A DNA stretch of 34,989 bases, from contig CAZEXY010000004.1 in assembly GCA_964516345.1 (NCBI GenBank), forward strand, positions 16,949 through 51,937, read 5' to 3'. Made by a program: the position numbers and the translations under genes. Each line of letters opens with the position of its first letter. Within the stretch, counting starts at the first letter, position 1. Below the pieces are notes generated by a model. That model had not been told where the DNA came from. It saw nothing but the letters and a program-made list of their open reading frames with translations, and searched no databases. The DNA comes from an uncultured Anaerolineae bacterium. Lineage in GTDB: Bacteria; Chloroflexota; Anaerolineae; S016-19. Shown here piece by piece: positions 34,805-34,989 of the stretch.

Positions 34805-34989
34805 GTAGGGGCGACTTGCATGTTGAGTGCTGTAAAAGCAGGGTAAGGTCTCACAGAGTAGCGCCGGTTTGGGACATAAAGCCCGCTGAGGGTAGGCGAT
34901 GGCACTGCCACCGCCTACCCTCTTATTTGCTCAGGCCCACGTCAGCGTTTTGTCTCTCAGCGAACGGTTCAATAGGTCGGCGTGTTCGG
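34805..34989 (+). repeat. Copy C of the dispersed repeat, running to the right window edge
   Basis: It aligns with the reverse complement of 4641-4785. The stem-loop is at 34888-34922 (GAGGGTAGGCGATGG cactg CCACCGCCTACCCTC). The flanking block CAGCGAACGGTT..TCGGCG resembles CACCGAACGGGTT..TCGACG of copy A. Confidence 0.75.

Overview
The window is a densely coding chromosomal segment of moderately high GC (roughly 55-62% by eye, not computed). I can support about 29 protein-coding genes. I found no rRNA, tRNA, CRISPR array, transposase, integrase or phage genes by eye.

Gene content is mostly core housekeeping with Gram-positive-like or Chloroflexota-like hallmarks: RNase Y, SpoVS, a perfect CIRCE operator in front of groEL, and GC-rich REP-like palindromes in intergenic gaps. 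The taxon is an inference only.

Gene order, left to right:
- Plus strand: TPR protein (5' truncated by the window edge), ftsK, CBS-domain family II pyrophosphatase, recA-recX-rny-spoVS, rhomboid protease, argG, then a tightly coupled C-N hydrolase / phosphohexomutase / inositol monophosphatase-like / HD hydrolase block.
- Minus strand: class V aminotransferase and a fused formate dehydrogenase alpha subunit.
- Plus strand: groEL, with no groES.
- Minus strand: a DUF3566-like membrane protein, then a seven-gene co-directional run of MFS transporter, ECF sigma, small tail-anchored putative anti-sigma, recN, M20 peptidase, PAP2 phosphatase and DUF624-like membrane protein.
- Plus strand: membrane protein, winged-helix regulator, GT-C glycosyltransferase, cyclase/formamidase-like protein and two lipoproteins.

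No obviously novel multi-gene machine such as a defence system or mobile island is visible. The leads most worth follow-up are:
1. A PMT/ArnT-like GT-C glycosyltransferase encoded beside two lipoproteins with Thr/Pro-rich linkers, a candidate protein O-glycosylation module.
2. recN packed 6 bp behind an ECF sigma/anti-sigma pair inside an envelope-flavoured gene run.
3. A dispersed repeat of about 130-150 bp (three copies, two in inverted orientation). Its conserved 12-15 bp stem-loop carries only transition mismatches, and all of them become G.U on the same element strand.
4. A structured leader of about 170 nt upstream of the molybdoenzyme gene fdhA.
5. An orphan intrinsic terminator in a 680-bp gap filled with repeats.

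All start-codon refinements, promoters and RNA structures were read by eye and need computational confirmation.
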